Position numbers and translations under genes: made by a program. Below, piece after piece: positions 40,406 through 52,610 of a DNA stretch of 64,000 nucleotides. Position 1 is the stretch's first letter. Each line of letters starts with the position of its first letter. Source of the stretch: Octopus sinensis. Taxonomy: Eukaryota. The notes under the pieces are model-generated. The model made no database searches. It had not been told where the DNA came from and saw only the letters and a list, made by a program, of their open reading frames with translations. The stretch covers positions 1 through 64,000 of the forward strand of contig NW_021832035.1 of assembly GCF_006345805.1 (NCBI RefSeq), read 5' to 3'.

Positions 40406-41002
40406 CGTCGTCGTCGTCGTCGTTGTTGTTAAGGCAGCAAGCTGACAGAACCTTTAGCACACTGGACTAAATGCTTAGCAGTATTTTGCCTGTCACTACG
40501 TTCTGAGTTCAAATTCCAACGAGGTCGACTTTACCTTTCAGCCTTTCGGGGTTCGATAGATTAAGTACTAGTTGAGTACTGGGGTTGATGTAATTAACTA
40601 TCCACCTCCCCCAAATTTCAGGCATTGTGCCAATTAGTTAAAAGGGTCATTAGAATTATCAATAGGGCAGTGAGCTGGCTGAGTCATTAACATACTGGAC
40701 AGAATCTTTAGTTACAAATGCATCTTTACATTCCGGGGTCTACTTTGCCTGTCATCCTTTCGGGGTTGATAAAGTAATGACCAGTTGAGCACTAGAGTGA
40801 GTGTAACCAACTTTCCACCCCAAAAATTAGTCTTATCAATATCACCATTACCTGTTTGAATACAGTTTCTTGTATTGGTCACTAGATAAGTTTCCAGTTC
40901 ACATATCCTTAAATTTTATCTTAAGACCCTTGCACATATATAGCTAATTATCAAACTCCCTTCTTTCTTTGAATTTATGCTTGTTATTTTGTGATAGTGA
41001 AG

Positions 41003-41337
41003 GTGCATGGCTCACTGGTTAGAGCATCGAGCTTATGATCGTGAGGTTGTGAGTTCAAATCCTAGACCGGGCTGCGTGTTGTGTTCTTGAGCAAGACACT
41101 TTATTTCACGTTGCTCCAGTTCACTGAAATGTAGAAATGAGTTGCGACATCACAAGTACCAAGCTGTATCGGCCCCTTTGCCTTTCTCTTGGATAACACT
41201 GGTGGCGTGGAGAGGGGAGGCCGGTATGCATGGGCGGCTGCTGGTCTTCCATAAACAACCTTGCCCGGACTTGTGCCTGGGAGGGTAACTTTCTAGGTGC
41301 AATCCCACGGTCAGTCATGGCCGAAGGGGGTCTCAAG
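41003..41337 (+). mobile_element. SINE family C, full length
   Basis: Homologous to 39695-40025. Confidence 0.85.
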
Positions 41338-41666
41338 ATTTTGTGATATATCAGTCTTGTGTTATGTCATAATGGTATGATATGTCGTATGATATATAAA
41401 CCTTCTATGATCTAATGTGTTTTGCTTGTCCATATTATCTCATTATCTAGGGCAGCAAACTGGAAAAATCACTTATATGCTAGGTAAGATGCTTAGCAGC
41501 ATTTCATCTGCCTTTATGCTCTGAGTGCAAAAATTCTGCCGACTTTGCCTTTCATCCTCTTGTGGGGGTGATAAATTCAGTACCAGTTGAGCACTGGGGC
41601 CGGTGTAATTGACTTACTCCCTCCCTGAAATTACTGGCTTTGTGCCAAAATTTGAAATCTGTATCA

Positions 41667-42121
41667 TACCTATTTCTTTATTACCCACAAGGGGCTAAAC
41701 ATAGAGGGGACAAACAAGGACAGACATAGGTATTAAGTCAATTACATCGACCCCCAGTGCGTAACTGGTACTTAATTTATCGACCCCGAAAGGATGAAAG
41801 GCAAAGTCGACCTCGGCAGAATTTGAACTCACAACGTAGCGGCAGCCAAAATACCACTAAGCATTTTGCCCGACGTGCTAACGATTCTCTTCTCTTTATT
41901 GCCCACAAAGGGCTAAACATAGAAGGGACAAACAAGGACAGACATAGGTATTAAGTCGATTACATCGACCTCAGTGCATAACTGGTACTTAATTTATCAA
42001 CCCCGAAAGGATGAAAGGCAAAGTCGATCTCGGTGGAATTTGAACTCACAACGTAACAGCAGCTGAAATACCGCTAAGCATTTCGCCCTACATGCTAACG
42101 ATTCTGCCAGCTCGCCGCCCT
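41667..42121 (-). mobile_element. SINE family B dimer
   Basis: Two units sharing the GACATAGGTATTAAG variant. Confidence 0.85.
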
Positions 42122-42727
42122 AACTGTATCATATCATTATCTTATATATTTTTCTTGTTAAGTCATGTAAAAAGCCAAGAGGCTGATAGAAAATTAGTTC
42201 AACGAAACTGTTTTCAAACGTAAGATTAAAGAAATTCAAACTGCTGTCTTGCAAAGCCTCTGAATATTGACTTTGAACCCTGGCAAGAGGTGGGCAATAC
42301 CAGCTGTTTCCAAATGATATAAAGATCATCATCCTAATGATACAAAGACTTCCTAATGATACAAAGATCTTCTGTAGTAACAACATCTTGCTTTTATTGA
42401 TTCAAAATAACAAAAATTGTGAAGATGGAGAGCTTCTTACACTGTGAAAAAGAAAAAGTTTAATAACTTTTATGCATTTAAAGCACAAAGACACACCATC
42501 AGAAGTAAACAGTCAAGAAGCAGTCAATTCTACAAAGTACAGACTATGGTTAGCTGGTGTTGCATATTTCTTGGATGGTTTTCTAGTCATCATATGAGAC
42601 ATATGTGGTACCAAATGATATTTAATTGGTTGATGTTATTATTTAGCCCCAGGTCAGCCTTGATCAAACAAATATATGATCAAAAATGATTGTAAATTTT
42701 TAAATGAGTGTCACTGTCATGTCAGAG

Positions 42728-43275
42728 TGGAGGCACGTGGCTTAGGGGTTAGGGTGTCAGCATCATGATTGTAAGATTGTGGTTTCGATTCCTGGACCGG
42801 CTGGGTAATGCGTTGTGTTCTTGAGCAAAACACTTCATTTCACGTTGTTCCATTCCATTCAGCTGGCAAAAATGAGTAACGCTTCGATGGACTGGCGTCC
42901 CATCCAGCTGGGGAACATATATGCCATGGAAACCGGGAAACCAGGCCCATGAGCTTGGCTAGGCTTTAAAAGGGTGAAAGTGGTGACGTAATGGCCCAAT
43001 GTTTAGGGTAGCGGACTCACTGTTGGAGGATCACGGTTTCGATTCCCAGACCGGGCGTTGTGTGTGTTTATTGAGCGAAAACACCTAAAGTGCTATGAGG
43101 CTCCGGCAGGTGACCCCTGTTGTATTCTTTCACCCCAACAACTTTCTCTCAGTCTTTCTTCCTGTTTCTTGAGTAACACTGTGATGGACTGGCATCCCGT
43201 CCAGCTGGGAGAAACACATACACCACAGAAACCGGTAAACCGGTCCCATGAGCCTGACTAGGCTTGAGAAGGGCA
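42728..43275 (+). mobile_element. Adjacent SINE C (42728-42975) and SINE D (42985-43275) sharing tail type iii
   Basis: Both end GATGGACTGGC.TCC..TCCAGCTGGG..GAAACCGG.AAACC.G.CCCATGAGC.TG.CTAGGCTT. Confidence 0.8.
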
Positions 43276-43689
43276 CATAAGATAAGAACTGTCATGCCAG
43301 AAATATTGTTTATTTTCAATCTTCCATAAAAACATGTCTGGTCATGGGAAAACATTACTTTGCTTAGAAACTGGTGAGGTTTTGCAACAAGAAGGGCATC
43401 TGGTAATAGAAAAAATTCACCTCAATAAAGTCATCTGACCCATACAAGCATGAAAAATGGACGTTAAAATGATGACGATGATGACGATGCTACTGCTGCT
43501 GTTGCTGTTGATGATGAGGATGAAAATATGTTTTTTAGCTGTTGCTGTCTTCTTCTTCTTCTTCCAATCAGGACTCACGCCATTAACCACAAAGAATAAT
43601 ATCTAATTTGAGCCTACTCTAAGCCACTAAGAATGCATGCAGCAACTTGAAGATCCACCCATCAAAGATGCGATAGACTGGCGGTTGCA

Positions 43690-44240
43690 CAGGCGCGAAA
43701 GCTACGTTGTTATCCTCATTCCGTAAATGGTGGCTTTTAACGGGTGGAGAGCTGAACCATCCTGCGGTACAGAGGATTTGCAATCTAGACTAGGGTCTGA
43801 AAGTTTACCACACCATAGTGGGTCACACCATGGCTCCTCTGCTTTGTGGCAGAAGTAGGAAGAAAGAGTGAGAGAAAGTTGTAGTGAAAGAGTACAGCAG
43901 CATTCGCCACCTACCTCCACTGGAGCCTCGTGGAGCTTAGGTGTTTTTGCTCAATAAGCACTCACAATGCCTGATCTGGGAATCGAAACCGCATTCTTAC
44001 GACTGCGAGTCCACTGCCCTAACCACTGGGCCATTGCACCTCCACTGATGCTGTTGTTAACGTTAAAGGCGGATAGAGGTGAAAGAGCACAGCAGGGTTC
44101 ACCATCACCCCTGCCAGAGCCTCGTGGAGCTTAGGTGTTTTTGCTTAATAAGCACTCACAATGCCCGGTCTGGGAATCGAAACTGCATTCTTACAACCGC
44201 AAGTCTGCTGCCCTAACCACTAAGCCATTGCACCTCCATT
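43690..44240 (-). mobile_element. Two SINE D copies, one with tail type iv
   Basis: Family D heads ending at ~44045 and ~44240. Confidence 0.75.
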
Positions 44241-44608
44241 ATCTGTTGATGTTGTCTGGTCCCAAGTTAATTCAGATCCAGCTAACGAATTATCATCAGT
44301 CTCATATATTATTCAGACAAAGCATATATACAGCTACAGTACCTGTGTTGTTGTTCTTGTTATTGCTGTTGTTGTTTAGCCTCTGGTCAGCTTGGCTCCA
44401 GCGGTCATGTTTAATATTCTAATCATCGCTTACTCATTTTTATTCTGGACATAGAATATCCAGGAATAAAATACATTCTTCCTTGTTGTTGTGTAGCGTC
44501 AGGCAACATGGCTTCAGCAGATCTATGATTTGGAGTAGTCCAGCCTTGACTTCCTCGTTTTTTATTCTGTCATAGTATACTTAGGAATAAATTATAAATA
44601 TTGTAGAG

Positions 44609-44775
44609 CAGTGGTTCCCAAACTTTTTAGAGTCGAGACCCACTTAACTCTACTGAGTATCTCGATAGACAGCAGTTAATCAAAGCTAATGCGTAATTTT
44701 ATAACTTTTTGCGACCCACTAAGATTCCGTTCGCGACCCATCTGTGGGTCGCGACTCATAGTTTGGGAACCACTG
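44609..44775. mobile_element. hAT (Charlie-like) MITE, 167 bp
   Basis: Perfect TIRs CAGTGGTTCCCAAAC / GTTTGGGAACCACTG; 8 bp TSD TTGTAGAG at 44601-44608 and 44776-44783. Confidence 0.92.
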
Positions 44776-44902
44776 TTGTAGAGATTTGGTTTGAAAGAGA
44801 AATTTGAAAATTCAACTGCTGTTTCTTTTGTAGTCACATGGTTCCAGATTGGATGATATTGTTTGCGTTATTTATTTTGTACCTATTAAGTCAAGTACGT
44901 CA

Positions 44903-45265
44903 ACACCAACATCAAAATAAAAATCAAATGGAAATTGTAGTTAAGATACCTGTGCCAGTGACACGTAAAAAGCACTGTCCGAACGTGGCAGATGCCAGCA
45001 CCGCCTGGCTGGTGTCTGTGTCGGTGACACATAAAAGCACCAACCGGTTGTGGCCATTTGCCAGCCCTCCCTGGCCCCTGTGCCGGAGGCACGTAAAAAA
45101 CACCCACTACACTCATGGAGAGGTTGGCGTAAGGAAGGGCATCCAGCTGTAGAAACACTGCCAAACCAGACTGAAACCTGGTGCAGCTTCCATGGCTTAC
45201 CAGACCCCAGTTGAACCGTCCAACCCATGCTAGCATGGAAAATGGACGTTAATTGATGATGATGA
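44903..45265 (+). mobile_element. SINE-tail family E with (GAT)n end (also 47018-47240 plus, 57590-57920 plus, 58322-58630 minus)
   Basis: GGCACGTAAAAAGCAC repeats, GGTTGGCGT.AGGAAGGGCATCCAGCTG, CCAACCCATGCTAGCATGGAAAA.GGACGTTAA. Confidence 0.85.
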
Positions 45266-46254
45266 TTTCTAGGATGGTTTTCTCGTCATCATAAAAGGCG
45301 TATGCGGTGCTAAGTGAGGTCTGACTGGTTGATATCCTTGTTTCAGATTGAATCTAGTTTCCATCTACCTTAGTTTTGGATTAACCAAAATCTTTTGGGT
45401 GAAATTGGCGCAGATGAACAGTGTGTGAAAGTTCATCAGAAGGACAGTCTTTGTATTTCAGTTGTAGACAACCATGAGGTTGGGAAGAGAACTACTTGCA
45501 GCTATAACTACAGCTACAGAAGAGTGTAGAAAAGAACTGGAGAAGTGGTATTTATTCTATCAGTTTCTTTTGCTGAAATGCTAAGTTACAAGGACGTAAA
45601 CAAACCGACACCGGTTGTCAAGTGGTGGCAGGAGGGAAAAACACACACACACACACACACACACATAAATAAATACATATATACATACAATGGGCTTTCA
45701 GTTTCTGTCTACCAAATCCATTCGCAAGGCTATAGTGGAAGACACTTGGCTAAACAAATCAACACCAGTTGTCAAATAGTGGTGGGGCAACCATAATTCC
45801 AAAGACACACATATATTTACATATATATACTCACATGCACTCACACATGTACACACACACACACATATGGCAGGTTTCCATACAGTTTCCATCTACTAGA
45901 TTCACTAATGAGGTGTTGGTCACCTCATGGCTATACAGAGCTATAGTGGAAGACACTTGCCCAAGGTACCATGCAGTGGGACTGAACCTGTAACCATGTA
46001 ATCGTAAAGTGAGATTATTAACCACCCAATCATGCTGGCACCAGACATTAGCTGCTGATCCTGTGCTGGGTTTATCTGGCTTCAGGGCGGAGCTTGTTTT
46101 TGCTCAAGTACCCCTTCTTCTTGTAACCCTTCTTCCCAGGCTAGCTGGGTAAAGATACCAGTTTAATCATTAACCTCCTAATTGCAAGTATGCTCACGAG
46201 AAAAAGAAGAAAGTCAGAACATAAATTTCAGTGGCTTATTACCTCTGCTGTTGC

Positions 46255-46635
46255 TGTTGCTGTTGAGCGAACGGTCTTCGTCCCAGAACTTGCAAGATGG
46301 GAGAAGTCCAAAACGTGGTCCTTTGCTATTCGTAAGACCCGCAGAAGCAAAAGCAGGTCAACCCCCGACACCAAGAGCATCGACGGATGGATGAATGCGC
46401 ATCCAGGCTCAGCAGTTGCGTAGGAAGTCGGGGACAAGAAACAGGAAGAAAGAGTGAGAGAAAGTTGGAGGGAAAGAGTACAACAGGCGTTGCCACCACC
46501 CCCTGCTGGAGCCTCGTGGAGCTTTAGGTGTTTTTCGCTCAATAAACACACACAACGCCCGGTCTGGGAATCAAAACCGCGATCCTTCGACCGCGAGTCC
46601 GCTGCCCTAACCACTGGGCCATTGCGCCTCCACTA
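46255..46635 (-). mobile_element. SINE family D with tail type i
   Basis: Reverse-complement homolog of 17363-17720, ending in (CAA/CAG)n. Confidence 0.85.
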
Positions 46636-46699
46636 CCTCTGCTGTCCACAGAAAGAGCACTTTACTGAGTGAAAAGAAGATTGTACAATGTTTTTTGTG

Positions 46700-46910
46700 T
46701 GAAGTGTAACATCACATAGCTGTGAAACATGGATGCTGAATACTAGGGATGTAGAAAGGTTGAAAATGAAATGAAGTTATCGTATTTGACAGGATTAATA
46801 ATTCTAATGTGCGTAAATGACAGCACAAGTCAGCTGAGAGTAAAACTAGGTGTAACAGAAATCTGATCTAACATGCAGAGGAAGACTTCACTGGCAGATA
46901 TCATTACGTA
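46700..46910 (+). mobile_element. Decayed RTE-like RT C-terminal fragment
   Basis: HSCETWMLNTRDVERL and STSQLRVKLGVTEI. Confidence 0.5.
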
Positions 46911-47484
46911 ATATGTGTACGTTCTGAGTTCAAATTCTGGCGGGGGAAGGGGGTCAGCACATCGTCATCATCATCAACATCATCATTTTCATCATCATCA
47001 TCATAATGATGATGATGATGGCCGTTTGCCAGCCTCCTCTGGCCCCTGTGCCGGTGGCACGTAAAAAGCACCCACTACACTCACGGAGTGGTTGGCATTA
47101 GGAAGGGCATCCAGCTGTGGAAACACTGCCAGATCAGACTGGGAACTGGTGCAGCCTCCATGGCTTCCCAGACCCCGGTCGAACCGTCCAACCCATGCTA
47201 GCATGGAAAACGGACATTAAACGATGATGATGATGATGAAGATGATCATGTCATTATTATCATTATTATGTGGTATTATCCGCACCCTCGCATTTGAAAA
47301 CATCTGGATTGACGAACAAGATGTGGTCAGGTTTGTTGGAGACAAAGTAGGAGTTAATGGAAACTTGGCAGAATGTGACAAGAAATTGTCTGCAAAGATC
47401 CATTGAGATATTTCAATAAAGGTAATTTTCCTTTGACCCCTGCTATCCCTATTACCCACAATTATTATTATTATTATAATTATA

Positions 47485-47520
<36 letters not shown>

Positions 47521-48385
47521 AAGGCGGTGAACTGGCAGAATTGTTAGAATGCTATGCAGATTGCTTAGCAACATCTTATCCAGCCACACGTTCTGAGTTC
47601 AAATTTCACCGAGGTCAACTTTGTTGTTCATCCTTCTGGGGTTGATAAAATAAGTACCAGCTGTGCACTGGGGCCGATGTGACTGACTTGCCTCATTCCC
47701 CATAATTCCTGGCCGTGTGCCAAAACTTGAAACCATTATTATTATTTTTATTAATGTAGCTAAAGTCTGCGAGCTGGCAGAATCATTAGCATGCTGGGTG
47801 AAATGCTTAGTGGCATTTTGTCTGTCCTTACATTCCGAGTTCAAATTCCACCAAGGTCAACTTTGCTTTTCATCTTTTCAGGGTCAATAAATTAAGTACC
47901 AGTGAAACAATGGAGTCGATGTAATCAACTAAGCCCCATTCCCAAGATTTCAGGCCTTGTCTTTAGTAGAAAGGATTACTAAGGTAGTGAGCTGGCAGAA
48001 TTGTTTGCATGCCAGGCAAAATGCTTAGCAGCATTTCATCCCGCTTTTAAGCTCCAAGTTCAAATTCCACCGAGGTCAACTTCATCTTTCATCCTCTTGA
48101 GGTCAATAAAAAAAGTACCAGTTGAACTCTGAAGTTGATTTCATTGACTTAGCCCATTCCCAAAAGCTGCTGGCTTTGTGCTAAAAATTTGAAACCAATA
48201 TTTATTTCTTTATTGCCTACAGGGGGCTAAACATAGAGGGGGACAAACAAGGACAGACTTACGGATTAAATCGATTACATCGACACCGGGCATAATTGGT
48301 ACTTATTTAATCAAGCCTGAAAAGATGAAAGGCAAAGTCAACCTCGGTGGAATTTGAGCTCAGAACTTAGTGGCAGAGAAAATAC
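47521..48385. mobile_element. Cluster of diverged SINE B copies (plus to ~48140, minus 48201-48385)
   Basis: Repeated GAGCTGGCAGAAT heads and cores. Confidence 0.8.
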
Positions 48386-48748
48386 TGCTAAGACCCAACC
48401 AATACAAGCAAAGAAAAGTGGTTGTATAAATGGTGTGTGTGTGTGCGCGTGTGTATATAGACAAAGATACTTGACACTATGTCTTTCATTTGTTATATAT
48501 TTACATATATATGTATATATATATATACATCATCATTATTTAACATATATATGTGTGTGTGTATGTCTGGATATATAAAAGTATGTGTGTGTATGTGTCT
48601 GCAAACATACCTTTGTAACTATGTTTAAGCATAAGTGCATGTCTGAGTTTATATATACATATATATACATATATACACACATACATACATACTTATATCT
48701 ATCTATCTATTATATATATACATATACATATGTGTATATATATATATA

Positions 48749-48800
<52 letters not shown>

Positions 48801-48803
<3 letters not shown>

Positions 48804-49170
48804 ATAAATATTAGGGAATAAATCCAAATTTACAGGAAAAAATCAGATTTAGGATTAATCCAATTTTATAGTAAAATATTATAAAATATTATTAGAGACA
48901 AAACCACTATTTTGCAAAACAAACAAGGAAAGATTTAATCAATACATAAAATTTTAATAATAGTCAAAAAAACCGCCACTACAATCATTTCTTGTCTTGA
49001 TCGACAATCTTCAGGTGGACTTCCAATAATTCAGTTACAAATTTGTCCACCTGAAGATTGTCGATCAAGACAAGAAACGATTGTAGTGGCGGTTTTTTTG
49101 ACTATTATTAAAATTTTATGTATTGATTAAATCTTTCCTTGTTGTTTTGCAAAATAGTGGTTTTGTCTCT
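48801..49170. mobile_element. Penelope-like terminal fold-back element in (TA)n
   Basis: ~135 bp inverted arms 48886-49020 and 49045-49170, 24 nt spacer; each arm holds a hammerhead motif. Confidence 0.75.
49047..49089 (+). ncRNA. Minimal type I hammerhead ribozyme motif, core intact
   Basis: CCAC-CTGAAGA-TTGTC GATCAA GACAA-GAAAC-GATT-GTA-GTGG. Confidence 0.7.
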
Positions 49171-49659
49171 AATAATATTTTATATATATATATATATTAT
49201 ATATATATATATATGTATATATTTATATATATGTACATATATATTTATACATATATACATATACACACACACACTTATATATGTACAAGTATATATACAT
49301 ATATGTACAAATAGATATATTTATATATGCGTGTGTGTATGTATATATATGTACACACACACTTGTGTATATGCATACATACACAAGTGTTGTGTGTGCT
49401 TATATACTTAGACGTATGTTGGATTAACGGATGCTAATCTAAAACACTTTTTCCTTTACATGCATCATTTTGGTTAAGGAAATATGATGCTATTGACAAA
49501 ATATGTTTAATGTGAAGAATTAGAGAAAGAACAGGTGATGGAGGAATTTGGTTGATAAAGAATTAGAAGCGGACAAATAAATATTGGAAATTCTCGGATT
49601 AGAAATGGAAGAGAGTGGATGGAATTAAAGAAGAAAAGACTTGGACAAGGGATTTGCAT

Positions 49660-50284
49660 TAATGATGATGATGATGATGATGATGATGACGACAATGGTA
49701 ATGATGTTTGTAGTGTTGGTGGTGGTGGTGGCAGTGGTGCTGACGATGGTGATGGAAGTAATGTGGCGGTGGTGGTGGTGGTGGTGATGGTGATAATAGT
49801 AGTGGGGATGGTAATCGTGATGATGATGGTGGTGATTGTGGTGATTGGGACATTTGTGTGATGGGGTTGTTGGTGGGATTGACAACACTGTGATTATAGG
49901 GGTGATGATGATGATGATGATGATGACGATGTTGATGACGATGATGGTGATGATGATGATGATGACGATGATGATGATGATGATGATGAGGATGAGGATG
50001 ATGATGATGATGATGATGGTGAGGGTGATGGTGATGGTGATGATGATGATGATGATAGTGATAATTGCAGTGGTGGTTGTAATGATAATAAATATTATGA
50101 CAATGATAGTAGTGATACTGATGGTGGTGGTGGTGGTGGTGGTGGTAGTGATGATGATAATGATAGTGATGATGATGATGATGATGATGATAGTTGTAGA
50201 AGTGGTGGTGGTCATGATGATGATGAGGATGATGACAGCGTTGTTAGTAGTAGTGGTGATGGTAGAGGTGATGGCTGGGCTGCT

Positions 50285-50328
<44 letters not shown>

Positions 50329-50365
50329 CGATTACGATGTTGATGATGACAGTAGCTGCTGTTGT
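49660..50365. repeat. (GAT/GGT)n triplet array
   Basis: Direct reading. Confidence 0.95.
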
Positions 50366-50784
50366 GATGATATGACAGAAATGAGATTTCAATCCTGTTG
50401 CAGTCTTTGCTCCTTCATTTTCATTCATTTTCATTCATTTTCTCCTTTTTTTTTCCCCCCTATTTTTGCCAACTCTAATATTTCTAAACATTTTATATAA
50501 TTTATATTTTTACTGTTAACTGTTAATTATACAGAATTCAATTTCCTGTTAAACTAAATATTTTTTCTTGAAATTATCTCCTCTTTTCTTTGAGGGCTAC
50601 TAACGATTACCACCAGGCTTTTATCATTTCCTCCAATTAAAAGGCAAACTTCAGTTCATTTAGATTTGTTGGCAATCATTCGGTGCGGTACAATTTCCAT
50701 GAGTTAAATCTTAATTTATTTTTTAATTCATACTGTTGGCCCACATGAGATATTTCCCTTAACTCATTTATTTGTAATTATATA

Positions 50785-50804
50785 CATGTATGTATGTATG
50801 TATG

Positions 50805-50838
<34 letters not shown>

Positions 50839-52185
50839 TGTATGCATGTGTGTATGTATGTATGCATGTGTGTATGTATGTATGCATGTATGTATGTATG
50901 CATGTGTGTATGTATGTATGCATGTATGTATGTATGCATGTATGTATATATGTATGTATATATGTATGTATGTTTGTATGTATGTATGTATGTATGAATG
51001 TGTGTATATATGTATGTATGTATGCATGTATGTATGTATGTATGTGTGTATATATGTATGTAGGCATTTCCTTATTCAGTTTTGTTCCAAGATTTCTTGC
51101 CAATAGAGAAAGAACCGGTTTCTAACCTAGATCCAAGACTCCTTCATTGGAATTTCAACATCAACAACAGGTTATTTTTTTGTATGTATGTATGTATGTA
51201 TGTATGTATGCATGTCATTATTCAGTTTATTTCAAGATTTCTTGCCAATAGAGAAAGAACCGGTTTCTAACCTAGATCCAAGACTCCTTTATTGGAATTT
51301 CAACATCAACAACATTATTTTTGTATGTATGTATGTATGTATGTATGTGTGTATATATGTATGTATGCATGTCCTTATTCAGTTTTGTTCCAAGATTTCT
51401 TGCCAATAGAGAAAGAACTGGTTTCTAACCTAGATCCAAGACTCCTTCATTGGAATTTCAACATCAACAACAGGTTATTTTTGTATGTATGTATGTATGT
51501 ATGTATGTATGTTTGTATGTATGTATGTATGTATGTATGTATGTATGTATGTATGTATGTATGTATGTATGTATATATGTATGTATGTATGTATATATGT
51601 GCAGATTTGTATGGCTTATGTATGTATTCTCATGCATATAGTTGCATATCTATACATGCTCATATATATTTAAATGATAAACTTCTGGAAAGTTTTACGG
51701 ATTTTTACATTTCCAGTGATGACTTGGATCTGTAGTCTTTGAATTAGCTGTCTGCTTTCAGCAGAAGCCTAATTTCTCAAGATTGGTATTTAGATGTATG
51801 TATGTATGTTTGTATGTATGTATGTATGTATGTATGCATGCATGTATGTATGTATGCATGCATGTATGTATGTATGCATGCATGTATGTATGTATGCATG
51901 TATGTATGTATGCATGTATGTATATATGTATGTATGTATATATGTATGTATGTTTGTATGTATGTATGTGTGTATATATGTATGTATGTATGTATGCGTG
52001 TGTGTGTATATGTATGTATGTATCTATGTATCTATGTATGTATGCATGCATGTATGCATGCATGTATGTATGTATGCATGCATGTATGTATGTATGTATG
52101 TATGTATGTATGTATGTATGTATATATGTGTGTGTGTGTATGTATGTATGTGTGTGTGTATATGTATGCATGTATGTATGCATGG
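50785..52185. repeat. (TATG)n/(CATG) array interleaved with R4-type LINE ends
   Basis: Direct reading. Confidence 0.9.
51064..51796 (-). mobile_element. R4-type LINE 3' end plus three tandem terminal units
   Basis: LNTNLEKLGF..KFII* (stop 51670-51672) homologous to 9816-9945; units 51064-51181, 51215-51321, 51372-51481. Confidence 0.8.
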
Positions 52186-52329
52186 TAAACTGTTGCACAG
52201 AAGTTAGCAGTTTAGCAAAAGAAATTGATAGAATGAGTATTAGACTTGTTTATGGTGGTGCTCCAACATATCTACAGTCCTACAACTGAAACAAGTAAAA
52301 CATAAAAAGAAGATCGTGTGTGTGTGTAT

Positions 52330-52610
52330 GTGTGTGTGTGTGTGTGCATGTGTATTCATATAGGCACATGTCTGGGCAAGATTGTTCATAGAAGACCTGC
52401 AGTCACCCATGCATACCAGCCTCCTCTCTCTCCACACCACTGATGTGTTATCCAAGAGGAAGGCAAAGGGGCTGATACAGCTTGGCACCAGTGATGTTGC
52501 AACTCATTTCTACAGCTGAGTGAACTGGGGCAATGGGAAATAAAGTGTCTTGCTCAAGAACACAACACACATCCTGGTCAAGGAATCAAACTCACAACCT
52601 CACAACCTTG
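52330..52610 (-). mobile_element. SINE family C
   Basis: Reverse complement of 41003-41337. Confidence 0.8.

Noticed and set aside
46182-46423. Protein-looking ORF WEKSKTWSFAIRKTRR..GWMNAHPGSAVA (also 17553-17753)
   Set aside because: It is the antisense translation of a SINE D tail present in two places.
47280-47406. Peptide TLAFENIWIDEQDVVRFVGDKVGVNG as a possible next exon
   Set aside because: No good splice acceptor; it could equally be decayed RT sequence.
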